A stretch of 64,000 nucleotides of DNA from Eledone cirrhosa (lineage: Eukaryota), in assembly GCA_964016885.1 (NCBI GenBank), contig OZ024742.1:88908001-88972000 (forward strand). The letters run 5' to 3'. Positions 54,088 to 64,000 of the stretch are shown piece by piece. The number at the start of each line of letters is the position of its first letter. Positions within the stretch are counted from its first letter, which is position 1. Below the pieces are notes generated by a model. It saw only the letters and a program-made list of their open reading frames with translations. It was not told where the DNA came from and did no database searches. Both the position numbers and the translations under genes were made by a program.

Positions 54088-57000
54088 GTTCTTTCCGTCT
54101 CAGTCATTGATGTTAGTTAACTGGAAAGTTTGTAGTAATGAATATCAAGCCACTACCTGTAGCCTCAGATATTCAGGACGTATCGGAAGGTTCTTGCCGT
54201 TCCCAGCGAGCAAGCCTGTTGAAGCGTTCCAAAAAGCATGGTGGGGCCAGTTTTCTTTAACCACCCCTGGAAATTTTTGGAGATAGTACCTAGTGCGCCT
54301 ATGATAATCCCGACCACTTTGACTTCATGGCAGTTGCAAATCCTTTTTACCTCCCACTTTAAGTCCTGGTATCGGTTCATTGTCTCCCTCTCCTTCTATT
54401 GCACTCACGTATCGAAAGGGCAGGCCACATCTACAATCAGGCAAGATCTTTTTTCCTTGTCCAAAACCACCAGGTCAGGTATATTGTGTTCCAGTTTCTT
54501 GTTCGTCTGTATCCTAAAATCCCACAGCACCTTCACCTGATGGATTTCTATCACCGACTCTGGCTTATGCTCATACCACTTCTCAGAATGTGGTAAATTG
54601 TTTACTTTGCATAGGTGTCAGCGGATCACCCTGCCCATTACATCATGTCCCCAGCCTTTATAGTGTGTCTGGGCTAGGTGTGTACACTCGGATACAATGT
54701 GATCATTGTCTCCTCTCTCTCTCCACAGATCCTGCACAGAGGGCTAGCCTCCTCCTTGTAAATGTGGTGTTTCAACCACTTCGTTTTGAGGGTCTGCTCT
54801 TGCGCAGCCATTAGCATTCCTTCTGTGGCATTTTTAAGGTTTCCTCTTTTCAACCAGTTCCATGTATGTGGATCTCTGAATTCAGTTTTCTCAAAGAAGG
54901 TACTATGAAGGGATTTTTCATGAAGGCTGCTCTTTCTCCTTGTTGTTATTATCTCCTTGGACATCCCCTGGTCTATTGTCCTCTCCTTCAGTACAATTCT
55001 GAGCATTGGCTCCTTACTATCAGTCACGTATTTGTGTAGGTTGTTTTTCTCCATCTCAACACAGTCCTCTGTGCTGATAAGACCTCTTCCACCTTCAGAT
55101 GTCCTTAAGTAGAGTCTATCGACATCACTCCTCTTGTGGAACATGTTGTAGATAGTCAATAGCTTCCTAGTCTTCCTATCCATTTCTTTTTGTTCAGCAA
55201 CATTCCATCTCAGAATTCCCGCACTGTACCTAATAATAGACACAGCTCGGGAATGTACTGCACTTATGGCATTCCTACTGTTCAGATGGGACTTTAATAC
55301 GCTCCTTACTCTCCGAATGTATTCAGATCTTATCAATTCCTTCATGTTTTTGTTCTTGATGTCATCAGCCTCCAGAACACCCAAATACTTGTATACTTCT
55401 TCAGTGTCAATTTCCTTTATCATCTCACCTGTTGGTACCTGGATTACGTTGCTCCTGCTCAATTTACGCCTCTTCATCACAAGGACTCCACACTTACTAA
55501 TACCAAATTGCATACATATATCATTGCTGAAAATACGGAGAGTGTCAACAAGCACATCCAACTCCTTCTCACTCGTCCCGAAGAGCTTAAGATCGTCCAT
55601 GAAGAGGAGGTGATTGATGGTAAGCTCTCCCTTTCCCAACTTGTATCCTGCTCTCACTTTTCGCAGTATAATGATCAGGGGCATCAGGGCAAGGACAAAC
55701 AACAGAGGGGACAGAATATCTCCCTGGAAGATACCTCTCTTGATCTTCACGCCTCCCAAGGATTCTCCAGCTGATATTAACTCTGTTTTCCAGGACTTCG
55801 TACTTTTGCCCAACAACTGTCTGATGTTATCTGCCACCTTAAAGATCTCTAGGCTTTTGGTGATCCAAGAATGGGGCACCATGTCAAATGCCTTTTTATA
55901 GTCAATCCATACCATGGCAAGACCAGTGTGTCTCCTCTTGCAATTCTTCATTACCATCTTATCAATAAGTAACTGGTCCTTTGTACCACGGGACTTCTTT
56001 CGGCATCCTTTCTGTTCGTCCGGTAACAGGTTGTTGTGTGTAGGTGATGGTAGATTTCCTCAGACATAATGCTTGTCAACAGTTTCCACATTACGGACAG
56101 ACATGTGATAGGTCTATAGTTGGTAACATCATTACCCTTGATTTGGTCTTTCATTACCAGAACTGTGGTACCTTTTGTCATCCACTCTGGTACCTCACCT
56201 GACATCAAGCAGTCATTGAACATGGTTGTCAGTTTCGGGTGGAGGGATGTTATATTTTTAATCCAATACCCCTGCACACCATCTGGGCCTGGTGATTTCC
56301 AGTTGGTTCGTTTTTTGGCCTGCCCCTTAAGAGTTCCAACTGTGATACTCAAATCAGTTTGTTGGTGTGCCTGTTCACTAATCTCCTTTGTACTGTCTCA
56401 ATCCACACTACCTGGTCATTATGTTTAACATCCTGCTCCCATATTCCTTTCCAGAATGTCTTAGTTTGTTCCGCCTCAGGGATCAAGTCGTTGCCTCTTT
56501 CTTTCCCTTCAAGCTGTCCAAACAGCATCTTTTGGTTGTTGTCAAACATGCGGTTCTGTCTATACTGACTGACTCTGCTCTCGTATCACCTAATTTTTTC
56601 ACTCTTTGCTACAATGCGTTGCTTCAGTTCCTCTATGATAATATTTAGCTTTTTCCTCCTAGTTTTGTACTTTATTTCCAGTCTATTTTTAGTGTCTATG
56701 TCTTTTAGTGTCCCATTCAGTAGTGACTCAAGCTTTACAATGTAATTTCTTATTTCCCTGATTTGACCATTCAGTCGTTTCTTCCACCAAGGTTCTGATC
56801 TTTCTTGATTGTTGTTTCCTCTCCCTTTTATGCCAAGTAATTTTCTCACCGCATTTGCTGTTGCTTTGAGGATATTGCTGCACTGGTGAAGGCTCCTCGC
56901 CTCAAGGTATCTTTGTTTACCTTAGCTGTTGTTTCTTTTAACTTTTTCCTGTCTACACATCATAGGTTCATAGGTTTCCCACTATCATTGTTCAATTCAT

Positions 57001-57660
57001 CTACCACTAAGTTTAGGATATCAACCAAATTTTGTCCTAGCCCGTCAGCATTCATCTCCTCAATGGCCGTATCTTTGTTCCAGGTATTATTTATTTCAGC
57101 ATTCAGATCATTGTCTGCTTCGGATGGTTCCCCCGTTCTCTCAACCTCTTCACCTTCATTTCCCACTGGCTCGTTTGCCTGGCATATTCCACTCGCCATT
57201 TCCAACCTAATCTCTCTGCTCAGTTCGTCCAGTTCCAGCTCGCTTATCCACCCAATACTTCTTATTACTCGCGCCTGCCCGGCTAATTTTTGTTCATCTA
57301 ATTTAAATAGACCAATCTCGTTCCAGATGTTATGCATCCTTTTCCTATAGCCTTTGTCCTTTGGGTTACTATTCAGGTAACATTGCATAACAGTTCTATT
57401 CAATTCTTTCGTCCAGTTAGTTCTGGTCCCTTTCCTTCTTCTTCTTCCTCCGACACCAGCAGTATTTGGTTGACAGCCAGGTCCCTGCTGCTGAGCCAGG
57501 GAGCACTTGCTGGGTGATGGTCTGTCACATGACATTTCAGTCTCCACTTCACCGTTATTCGAACTGTTTAGGTTCGACATTTAAACACACTTATCGAGGA
57601 TTGGTGAATGTATGGTTACATAACCAGCGGTGATTTTAGTGTGGCACTATCACGCTGTAG
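54088..57660 (-). mobile_element. Full-length but degraded R4/Dong-clade retrotransposon (third subfamily)
   Basis: ATG 57580 N-terminus with WTKELN...MQCY...GYRKRMHNIW...EQKLAGQARVI, typical of the R4/Dong N-terminal domain. RT motifs [19 protein letters not shown] and [10 protein letters not shown]; [10 protein letters not shown]; C-terminal RLE fragment ending 54165. The 3' end abuts (TAA)n. Confidence 0.92.
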
Positions 57661-57940
57661 ACGAACATAAATAAACAAACAAACAAATAGGTAAACAAAA
57701 ACAAAAAAAGAATAAGCATAAGTTTCATTTTAATGTAATGTTTCAATGTCTGACTTTTTTTCCTTCTCTGTCTGTCTGTTTCTTTTTCTTTTCATTTTTC
57801 TTTTCTTTACTTTTTTCCTTGTTGCTGTGCTGTTTTGATTTTTATTTTTGTTTTTTTTTATTTTTTGACCGGGCCATCAAATCATTCTATTTATATCTTT
57901 TGATGCCTTCCACTTTTAGGGGGGACACTACGATGCGTGT

Positions 57941-58086
57941 CTTAGCAGGAGGTAGTGGGAGAGAATAGCGGCGGTAGCGATAATGAGGCAGTGGTGGTGG
58001 TGGTGGTGGTGTGTGCTAGTAGTACTTAGCAGGAGGTAGTGGGAGAGAATAGCGGCAGTAGCGATAATGAGGCAGTGGTGGTGGTG
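57941..58086. repeat. Two-copy tandem repeat (84-bp period)
   Basis: CTTAGCAGGAGGTAGTGGGAGAGAATAGCGGC[G/A]GTAGCGATAATGAGGCAGTGGTGGTGGTG at 57941 and 58025. Confidence 0.9.
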
Positions 58087-58486
58087 ATGTAATCGTAGTA
58101 CTGTAGTGATGGTGTTGAAGTTGAAGTAGAAATAGAAGTTGAGGTAACTTGACTAGAGTTTTTGGCATGGTAGTGGTTAGGTGGCGGTTGTGATGCTGGT
58201 GGTGAAATTATTTGCCTGTCTGTCCACTTAGCCATTTTGCCATTTTTCTCTTTTTCGACTATAACATTTCTGATCCAAAATTACATATTAAATATCGGGG
58301 CCCTCTGCCGTAAAGTGATGCGTTGTGGCTTGCTGAGCTTGAAAACTGTAATCTTATACTTCATTTGTAATAAGAATTATTCTATCACAGTTGTTTTAAA
58401 TAAGTAAAAATCAAAAACTTACGGGAGCGATTCCATAACGATATATATCCACCATGTGCGTTTTCTTCCCTTCTTCTTATTATTAT

Positions 58487-58581
58487 TTTGCCTTTCATCC
58501 TTACGGGGTCGATAAAATAAAGTACTAGTAATGTACTGGGTAATTGCTGGCCTTGTGTCAAAAGTAGAAACAATTATTATT
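58487..58581 (+). mobile_element. 5'-truncated SINE
   Basis: TTTGCCTTTCATCCTTACGGGGTCGATAAAAT...GTAGAAACAATTATTATT, preceded by ATTATTATT. Confidence 0.9.
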
Positions 58582-59498
58582 AACTCCACCAAGGCGTTCT
58601 ATAGAGGATTAGTGGAGGGGAGGAGAGCGACGACGTACTTGGGGAAACTCTAGGCGTCGACGAAAATCAACTAGCCAATCTCTTCGGAAGAACTTTCGGG
58701 CCGGGGCCTATGAACAACTTCCAGAACTCCCTGGCCTGGCAGTGCTACCGAGGAGCCTTGCCAGTTCGGAATAAACTCTACAGGCATGGAGGTGCCGCCA
58801 GCCGGGCATGTCCGAGATGCACGTAGGGCGACGAAACCGTCCTGCACGCACTCGTCCAGTGTCCGAGAATTGCTGACTTGTGGGTTTATGTCGAACACCT
58901 TCTGTCGCGTGTAGGACGGATCCAGCTATCAGCTGAGTCGATCGTGAGGATTGCCCCGCCCTCTTCCTTTAGCCGGGAAGGACAGGCAGTTTTTACCTGT
59001 CTGGTGGCCATGGCGAAAGAGATAGTATGGTGGACACGTTTGAAAAGGCTGAAGACGAACACTTACTTTTTCGGTGATGCCCTGATTGATTTTTTCAAAT
59101 TTCATTTGAAAAAGAAAATCAGAGTAGAGAGGGAAGTACTCTCTTCCCAGCATTTTGTTGAAAGATGGGTGAGAGAAGCAAGAATGGCCCGAGTGAATGG
59201 GCCTACTCTGAGTATGTGTCTGTAAATTAAAGGTGAAAAACTGGGAGAGGGCACTTGCCTTGGTGGTCAGGGTAACTGTGGCCTTTTAATGGCCTTTCTC
59301 CACAAATGTCCCTCCGAAGCCTCCCCCCTATTGGGGAATTTTTCATTGTTATTTTTTGTTACATCCTCTGTTTTTGTTTTTTTACACGCAGAAATGCCCA
59401 TTTGTACTGTCCTTAATGTCTACTTTATGTAAACCCTTGTGGTTAATAAACAAATCATTATTATTATTATTGTTATTATTATTATTATTGTTGTTGTT
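58582..59498 (+). mobile_element. 5'-truncated Tx1 copy (end of ORF2, 3' UTR and tail)
   Basis: Near-identical to ~47358-48290 and begins directly in the (ATT)n tail of the SINE. Confidence 0.93.
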
Positions 59499-59545
59499 GT
59501 TCTTTGAGTCTCAGTCATTGTGTTCGTGTGTGATTGTGCCCGCGT
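59499..59545 (-). mobile_element. Tiny 3'-end fragment of a Dong-like element
   Basis: GTTCTTTGAGTCTCAGTCATTGTG matches GTTCTTTCCGTCTCAGTCATTGATG, the 3' terminus of the element at 54088. Confidence 0.55.
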
Positions 59546-60409
59546 TTATGCTGATAGCAAGTCACCTAAATTATCTTATCTCTAAATAGGTGATGCTATA
59601 CGTCAGTAGTTAAAAAATTAATAAATTACATTCGTTGAGAATTTTGTATGAAATAGTTTTCCGTTTTTCGATATAAGAATGAAATCTCGAGTGCACACTG
59701 TATTGTATCTCTAGAAATAAGATTTATACGATTAACAAAAAATAATTGTATATCGGAAGTGCTCACATCATCGTTAGATTTTTCTAAAGCAGAAACACGA
59801 ATTAATTAAACATTAGCGCTTCAATTTCATATCATGATGATGAAATGAATAAGTCTTTAGCAGATTATTACATATTTGATCTATGGATGATGAACTCATG
59901 TTTAAATATCTGAAACTATTGATATGAATAGAAACATTGCACAATCATTTAGGCTTTTAAGCCTGTATCTTAAAATAAATCTAACATTGTCGAAAGATTG
60001 AATTGTCCAAATAACTGTCAATTTTTCCGTTGTTTTTGTCAGAATGGCTAATCGTTTTTGTCTTTTTTAAATCACTGGTCTATTATTTTGTTCTAAGATT
60101 ACTGCAATGGCTGCCGTAAATCATCAATAATTCAAAAGGAATATTTATGGAGAAATGAACGGCAAAGAAATATCTGCTATTCATGGTATTTCAATTTCGT
60201 ACCTCAAGCTGTCCTTTTGGGCATTCAACATTTCCTATGCGGTAATCCGACGGAATAAGGGCAAATAACGTCGAAAGTATTTGGTATTAACTATAAATAT
60301 TGTAACACACTACTAACGCTTGTACGCAAAACTTTGTTCAGTGACTATATTATCACAATATTGGTTGGTTCGCTGGAAATCAATAGCGAGCGACACTTTG
60401 TTTCACAAT

Positions 60410-60415
<6 letters not shown>

Positions 60416-60468
<53 letters not shown>
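60416..60468. repeat. (TA)n microsatellite
   Basis: Direct. Confidence 0.95.
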
Positions 60469-60471
<3 letters not shown>

Positions 60472-60886
60472 TGTATATATAATGTATTTTGCAATACACT
60501 TTATGCTTAATTAAAAGCATGTTGAAGACCGTATGCTATTGTTTTAGAGTAGTGACAGACTCACTTACTTTAATCTCAGTAAACAGGGGTGATAAAGCCG
60601 ACAAGGCCTTGTTTCTGCATTTGTTGATGCTTATCAAGGCTAACTACTCCCTCCCGTCTGCTGAGATCACAGATGTTATATTCTCATAGAATTCTAGTAA
60701 ATAATCAGGAACTGATTATACAGAGCGGTTGCCGGTCAAGCAGAAATAAAAAATTAGAATTGGAGCTCTGAAATAGCCATATATATATGAATTTATATAT
60801 AATGTATTTTGCAATACACTTTATGCTTAATTAAAAGCATTTTGAAGACCGTATGCTATTGCTTTAGAGTAGTGACAGACTCACTT
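60461..60886. repeat. 106-bp direct duplication (60461-60566 and 60781-60886)
   Basis: Three mismatches between the copies, 320-bp offset. Confidence 0.9.
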
Positions 60887-60980
60887 TCTTGTTCTGTATG
60901 CTTAAACATATCTTATATTTAATGGTGATAATCTTTATAGACTACCATTTTAAGAGATATTTGTTAAACTGAAGATTCGA

Positions 60981-61022
60981 CCCCCCCTCTCTCTTTCTCT
61001 TTATCTCTCTCCGCTTTCTCTC

Positions 61023-61096
<74 letters not shown>
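60981..61096. repeat. (CT)n(TA)n microsatellite
   Basis: Direct. Confidence 0.95.
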
Positions 61097-61100
<4 letters not shown>

Positions 61101-61264
61101 TGTAATAAACAACATAGGATAATTATTTCATTTACCAGTTGTTTCTTGAACACAGATATTTATGTCTGTCTTCATTCATCAGAAAGAATGATGAATGAAG
61201 ACAGACATAAATATCTGTCTTCAAGAAACCACTGGTAAATGAAATAATTATCTTTTTACATAAC
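61097..61264. mobile_element. Foldback/MITE-like palindromic element
   Basis: 64-bp arms (61118-61181 / 61189-61252, 2 mismatches, 7-nt loop) plus outer GTTATGTAA / TTACATAAC inverted ends. Confidence 0.65.
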
Positions 61265-62997
61265 CAAAAAGCTCTGTAGCCTACATTTCCTTAACCTTTC
61301 CTACGGGAATATTTCATATATATCTATCTAGGACCGTTTCTGTGCTTGACACTGAAACGAAACTTATTTCCATCAAAGCCTTTTCATTTCCAGATAATAT
61401 TGGAATTATCCACACTCTGATGGTTGCTTCCCATAATATCAGAGGGAATATTGAATTTCGAATGGTGAATCATTCTATTTCTTCATTCAGACATTTCGAC
61501 CCTCTGTTTGACGAATCTGAACATCTCGGTACAAGTTTATTTGTACACGATGTAGTGCTAGTTCTGAAGGATGGCCTATTGAACGGTCACATAAATGTCC
61601 GATAAATATTTCCACCTTATTGAAATTAACCATATCAATAAGGTTAATTATATCTAATTCAATTAACTCAAGACACAGTGGATTCATTGTGCAATAACGA
61701 GATGAGAATAATTAAAGTATTTTAATGCAATATTCACTTGTGTTGCAAAAATGTAATCAGCTCTATTCCGAACTTAATAATAATAATTTTAACTGCATAT
61801 ATGGTGCACGTGCTATTATGGGTGTTTTCATCTACGATATCCCACTGGAACTGATTTTCTTAAACATGACAGAATGAAGAGTAACATCCAACTCCATGAG
61901 ATTTGTAATCGTGAGGTAAAGGATCTTAAACATAAATATCGTTTCGAATCAACACATACAAATGTCCCAAACTAAAATCTTATATATTCTATTTTAAGAC
62001 GTTATAGAGTATATGTGCAAGCTGTTCAGTCAGTACTTTCAACTTGTTCAATAATATCTGCATGCATTAACCTCAGGTTTGAACCTTTCTAGAAAACTCC
62101 CTTTCTCTGTACATAGATGTGTTGATAGTAAATTATCCAGACAAATTCATTTCTGAGACTCTAATTGTAATATTTATTACATCACTTATCATAGTTTAGT
62201 TTACTTTACATTGAGACTAAAGAGTTCATCCCTGGCGACCACAGTTTGGTATCACTTGAAATAATCTTATTTAAGCAGGAAATAATATTTGGTTGTATAA
62301 AATATTAAAATAATCGGATGATGTCTCTAAAACTGATGAACGTTAACATTAGTTCTTAGCTTTGATTATTCAATCATTAAACTATGAAGATCTTATTCAA
62401 AGATCACAGAGTTAATTTAATTGTAACGCTCCACTATTAGTGAGAGTTTTAAACTTATGTCCTTCAAATAAAAGTATGTGCAAATATTGGAATGTCAAAA
62501 TAATTGGCATGATTAGTTTTCCATTTGTGAATACTTCTATTTGGATTGTTCTTTTTGTTTTCGTTTTAGAATTAACATTGGTTGGTTATTCTCTTCTCAT
62601 TCAATTGCAATTCCTGTCATAAACATATTAATAATTCAAGATTAATATTTGTAGAGAAATGATGAATTCAGTAATATTTCAGTATTCATAACATTCTGCT
62701 CAACATGATGCAGGCCCACCTTCTGTGTATTCCATGAGAACTTTTTTTAAACTAGTTTCTCGAAATATTGGAGAATTATGTGAACATTATTCGGTACCAG
62801 CTAAGAATATTGTACACTAGTAACTAACGAACGTAGTTGAGTTACATTCTTGGGAGGACTCACATGAACGGTGAACCAGTGATTGATGGACTCGTTTATT
62901 TTCCAGATACAAGACATTGTTCGAAAGCATATTTTGGTTATTACCAGTGAAATATAGTATAAATAGACATCAGCAATTACTTCTTAACCCCATTATA

Positions 62998-63179
62998 TGG
63001 CAGTATCGGTAGGGGGTCAAATTCCATGCTTCGCAGCATAGAGGTACGGCCCTTTATGATCTGAGTTCAAATCCCACCGAGGTTAGCTTTGCCTTTCATC
63101 CTTACGTGGTCGATAATCTAAAGTACCATTAGTACACTGGGGTAATTGCTGGCCTTGTGCCAAAAGTAGAAACAATTAT
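62998..63179 (+). mobile_element. Near full-length tRNA-derived SINE
   Basis: A-box-like TGGCAGTATCGG (62998), B-box GAGTTCAAATCC (63063), body shared with the three truncated copies, and possible TSD ATTATAT. Confidence 0.88.
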
Positions 63180-64000
63180 ATATATAATATGATTCAAAGT
63201 GAAAATATATTTTTCTTATATTAACACCAAACATCCGTAGTTTTCGAAGTTGTTATTTAGCCAACGTTGAATTGTGACCATTACATCGGTTTTTGAAGAC
63301 GGCATTGCGCAATAAGAAGCGTAATCCTTATCGAAAATATACACCTGTACAAATGTAGGAACGTTATATCAATTTGTTAAATGAAATAAGGGTCTAATCT
63401 AAGATCTCTTTTGTCGACATGATACTTTGTGATGCATGTCCTATTTATTATGACTTCATGTTCTAACAATCCTGATCTGGGCTTCAATTAAACAAGTAGA
63501 TATTGGAATATACAGAAATACCAAAATATTTTACGATGAATCCAGAACTGAAAATAAGTTAGGCGGATGTATTGCCATTATTAATAATTGTGTCCCTAAT
63601 AGAACACCAAATTTCGGATTAATCCATATAACCGGAAATTGTCTTTGGTCTCATAATAATTTCAAATATACTCAAATTATTCATAACAATGTATATATTT
63701 GAATATTTATTTCTACTATTGATTTCTACTATTGACACATAAATGCATAGTATACAGAAGGCCATTTGGTTTTATTCATCTCCTAATTATGAACTGCAAA
63801 GTGCATTTCAGTGTGTTTTGAATTGAGTATTACAAAGTGTTAGCCACAAGATTTGTTTTTTAATAACTAATTACATGCGTATTGTTCAAAGGAGCGTTCC
63901 CCTTTGTTATCTCGTATTCACGAGTTTAAATTATTGCACCAGACTGACGGCTAGTTTTAATCCTTTTACACTTGTAATTTCTAAATGTATTCGCAAATTA

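Noticed and set aside
53948-54286. Hydrophobic poly-Leu ORFs (also 32806, 48030, 59356) resembling signal peptides
   Set aside because: They are translations of (TTA)n tails.
61342-61687. Short ORFs on both strands in the unique AT-rich region (possible host exon)
   Set aside because: No recognisable domain and no convincing paired splice sites; cannot be supported without expression data.
62998-63080. Possible tRNA gene
   Set aside because: Only A/B boxes, no full cloverleaf, and it continues into the SINE body shared with three other copies.

Overview
Eukaryotic, AT-rich, almost entirely repeat-derived window. It is animal DNA; the SINE tail and the (TA)n richness suggest a cephalopod mollusc, which is an inference. 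No host protein-coding gene can be supported. (1) Three different R4/Dong-type non-LTR retrotransposons (RT plus restriction-like endonuclease) lie on the minus strand at 1-~2760, 32937-36356 (with an intact 878-aa RT-CCHC-RLE ORF) and 54088-~57660. (2) Tx1/L1-clade elements (ORF1 with zinc knuckle; ORF2 APE-RT-CCHC; (TTA)n tail) lie on the plus strand: three long head-to-tail copies at 36357-54087, plus fragments. They carry two very different ORF1/5' modules on a near-identical ORF2. (3) A ~26.7-kb complex satellite (5896-32564) is built from an ~88-bp MITE-like inverted-repeat unit separated by variable (TA)n, interspersed with nine blocks of a 484-bp unit in a 4.2-5.6-kb higher-order pattern. 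(4) Four copies of a tRNA-derived SINE, a 64-bp-arm hairpin and microsatellites are also present. Most notable observations: the whole satellite seems to sit inside a Helitron-like element that splits one Tx1 3' UTR across 27.5 kb; the Tx1 ORF1 stop codon lies inside a canonical GTAAGT donor, and removing a 52-53-nt GT-AG segment would fuse ORF1 and ORF2 in frame; and Tx1, Dong and the SINE all pile into (TTA)n/ATTA targets, mostly tails left by earlier insertions.
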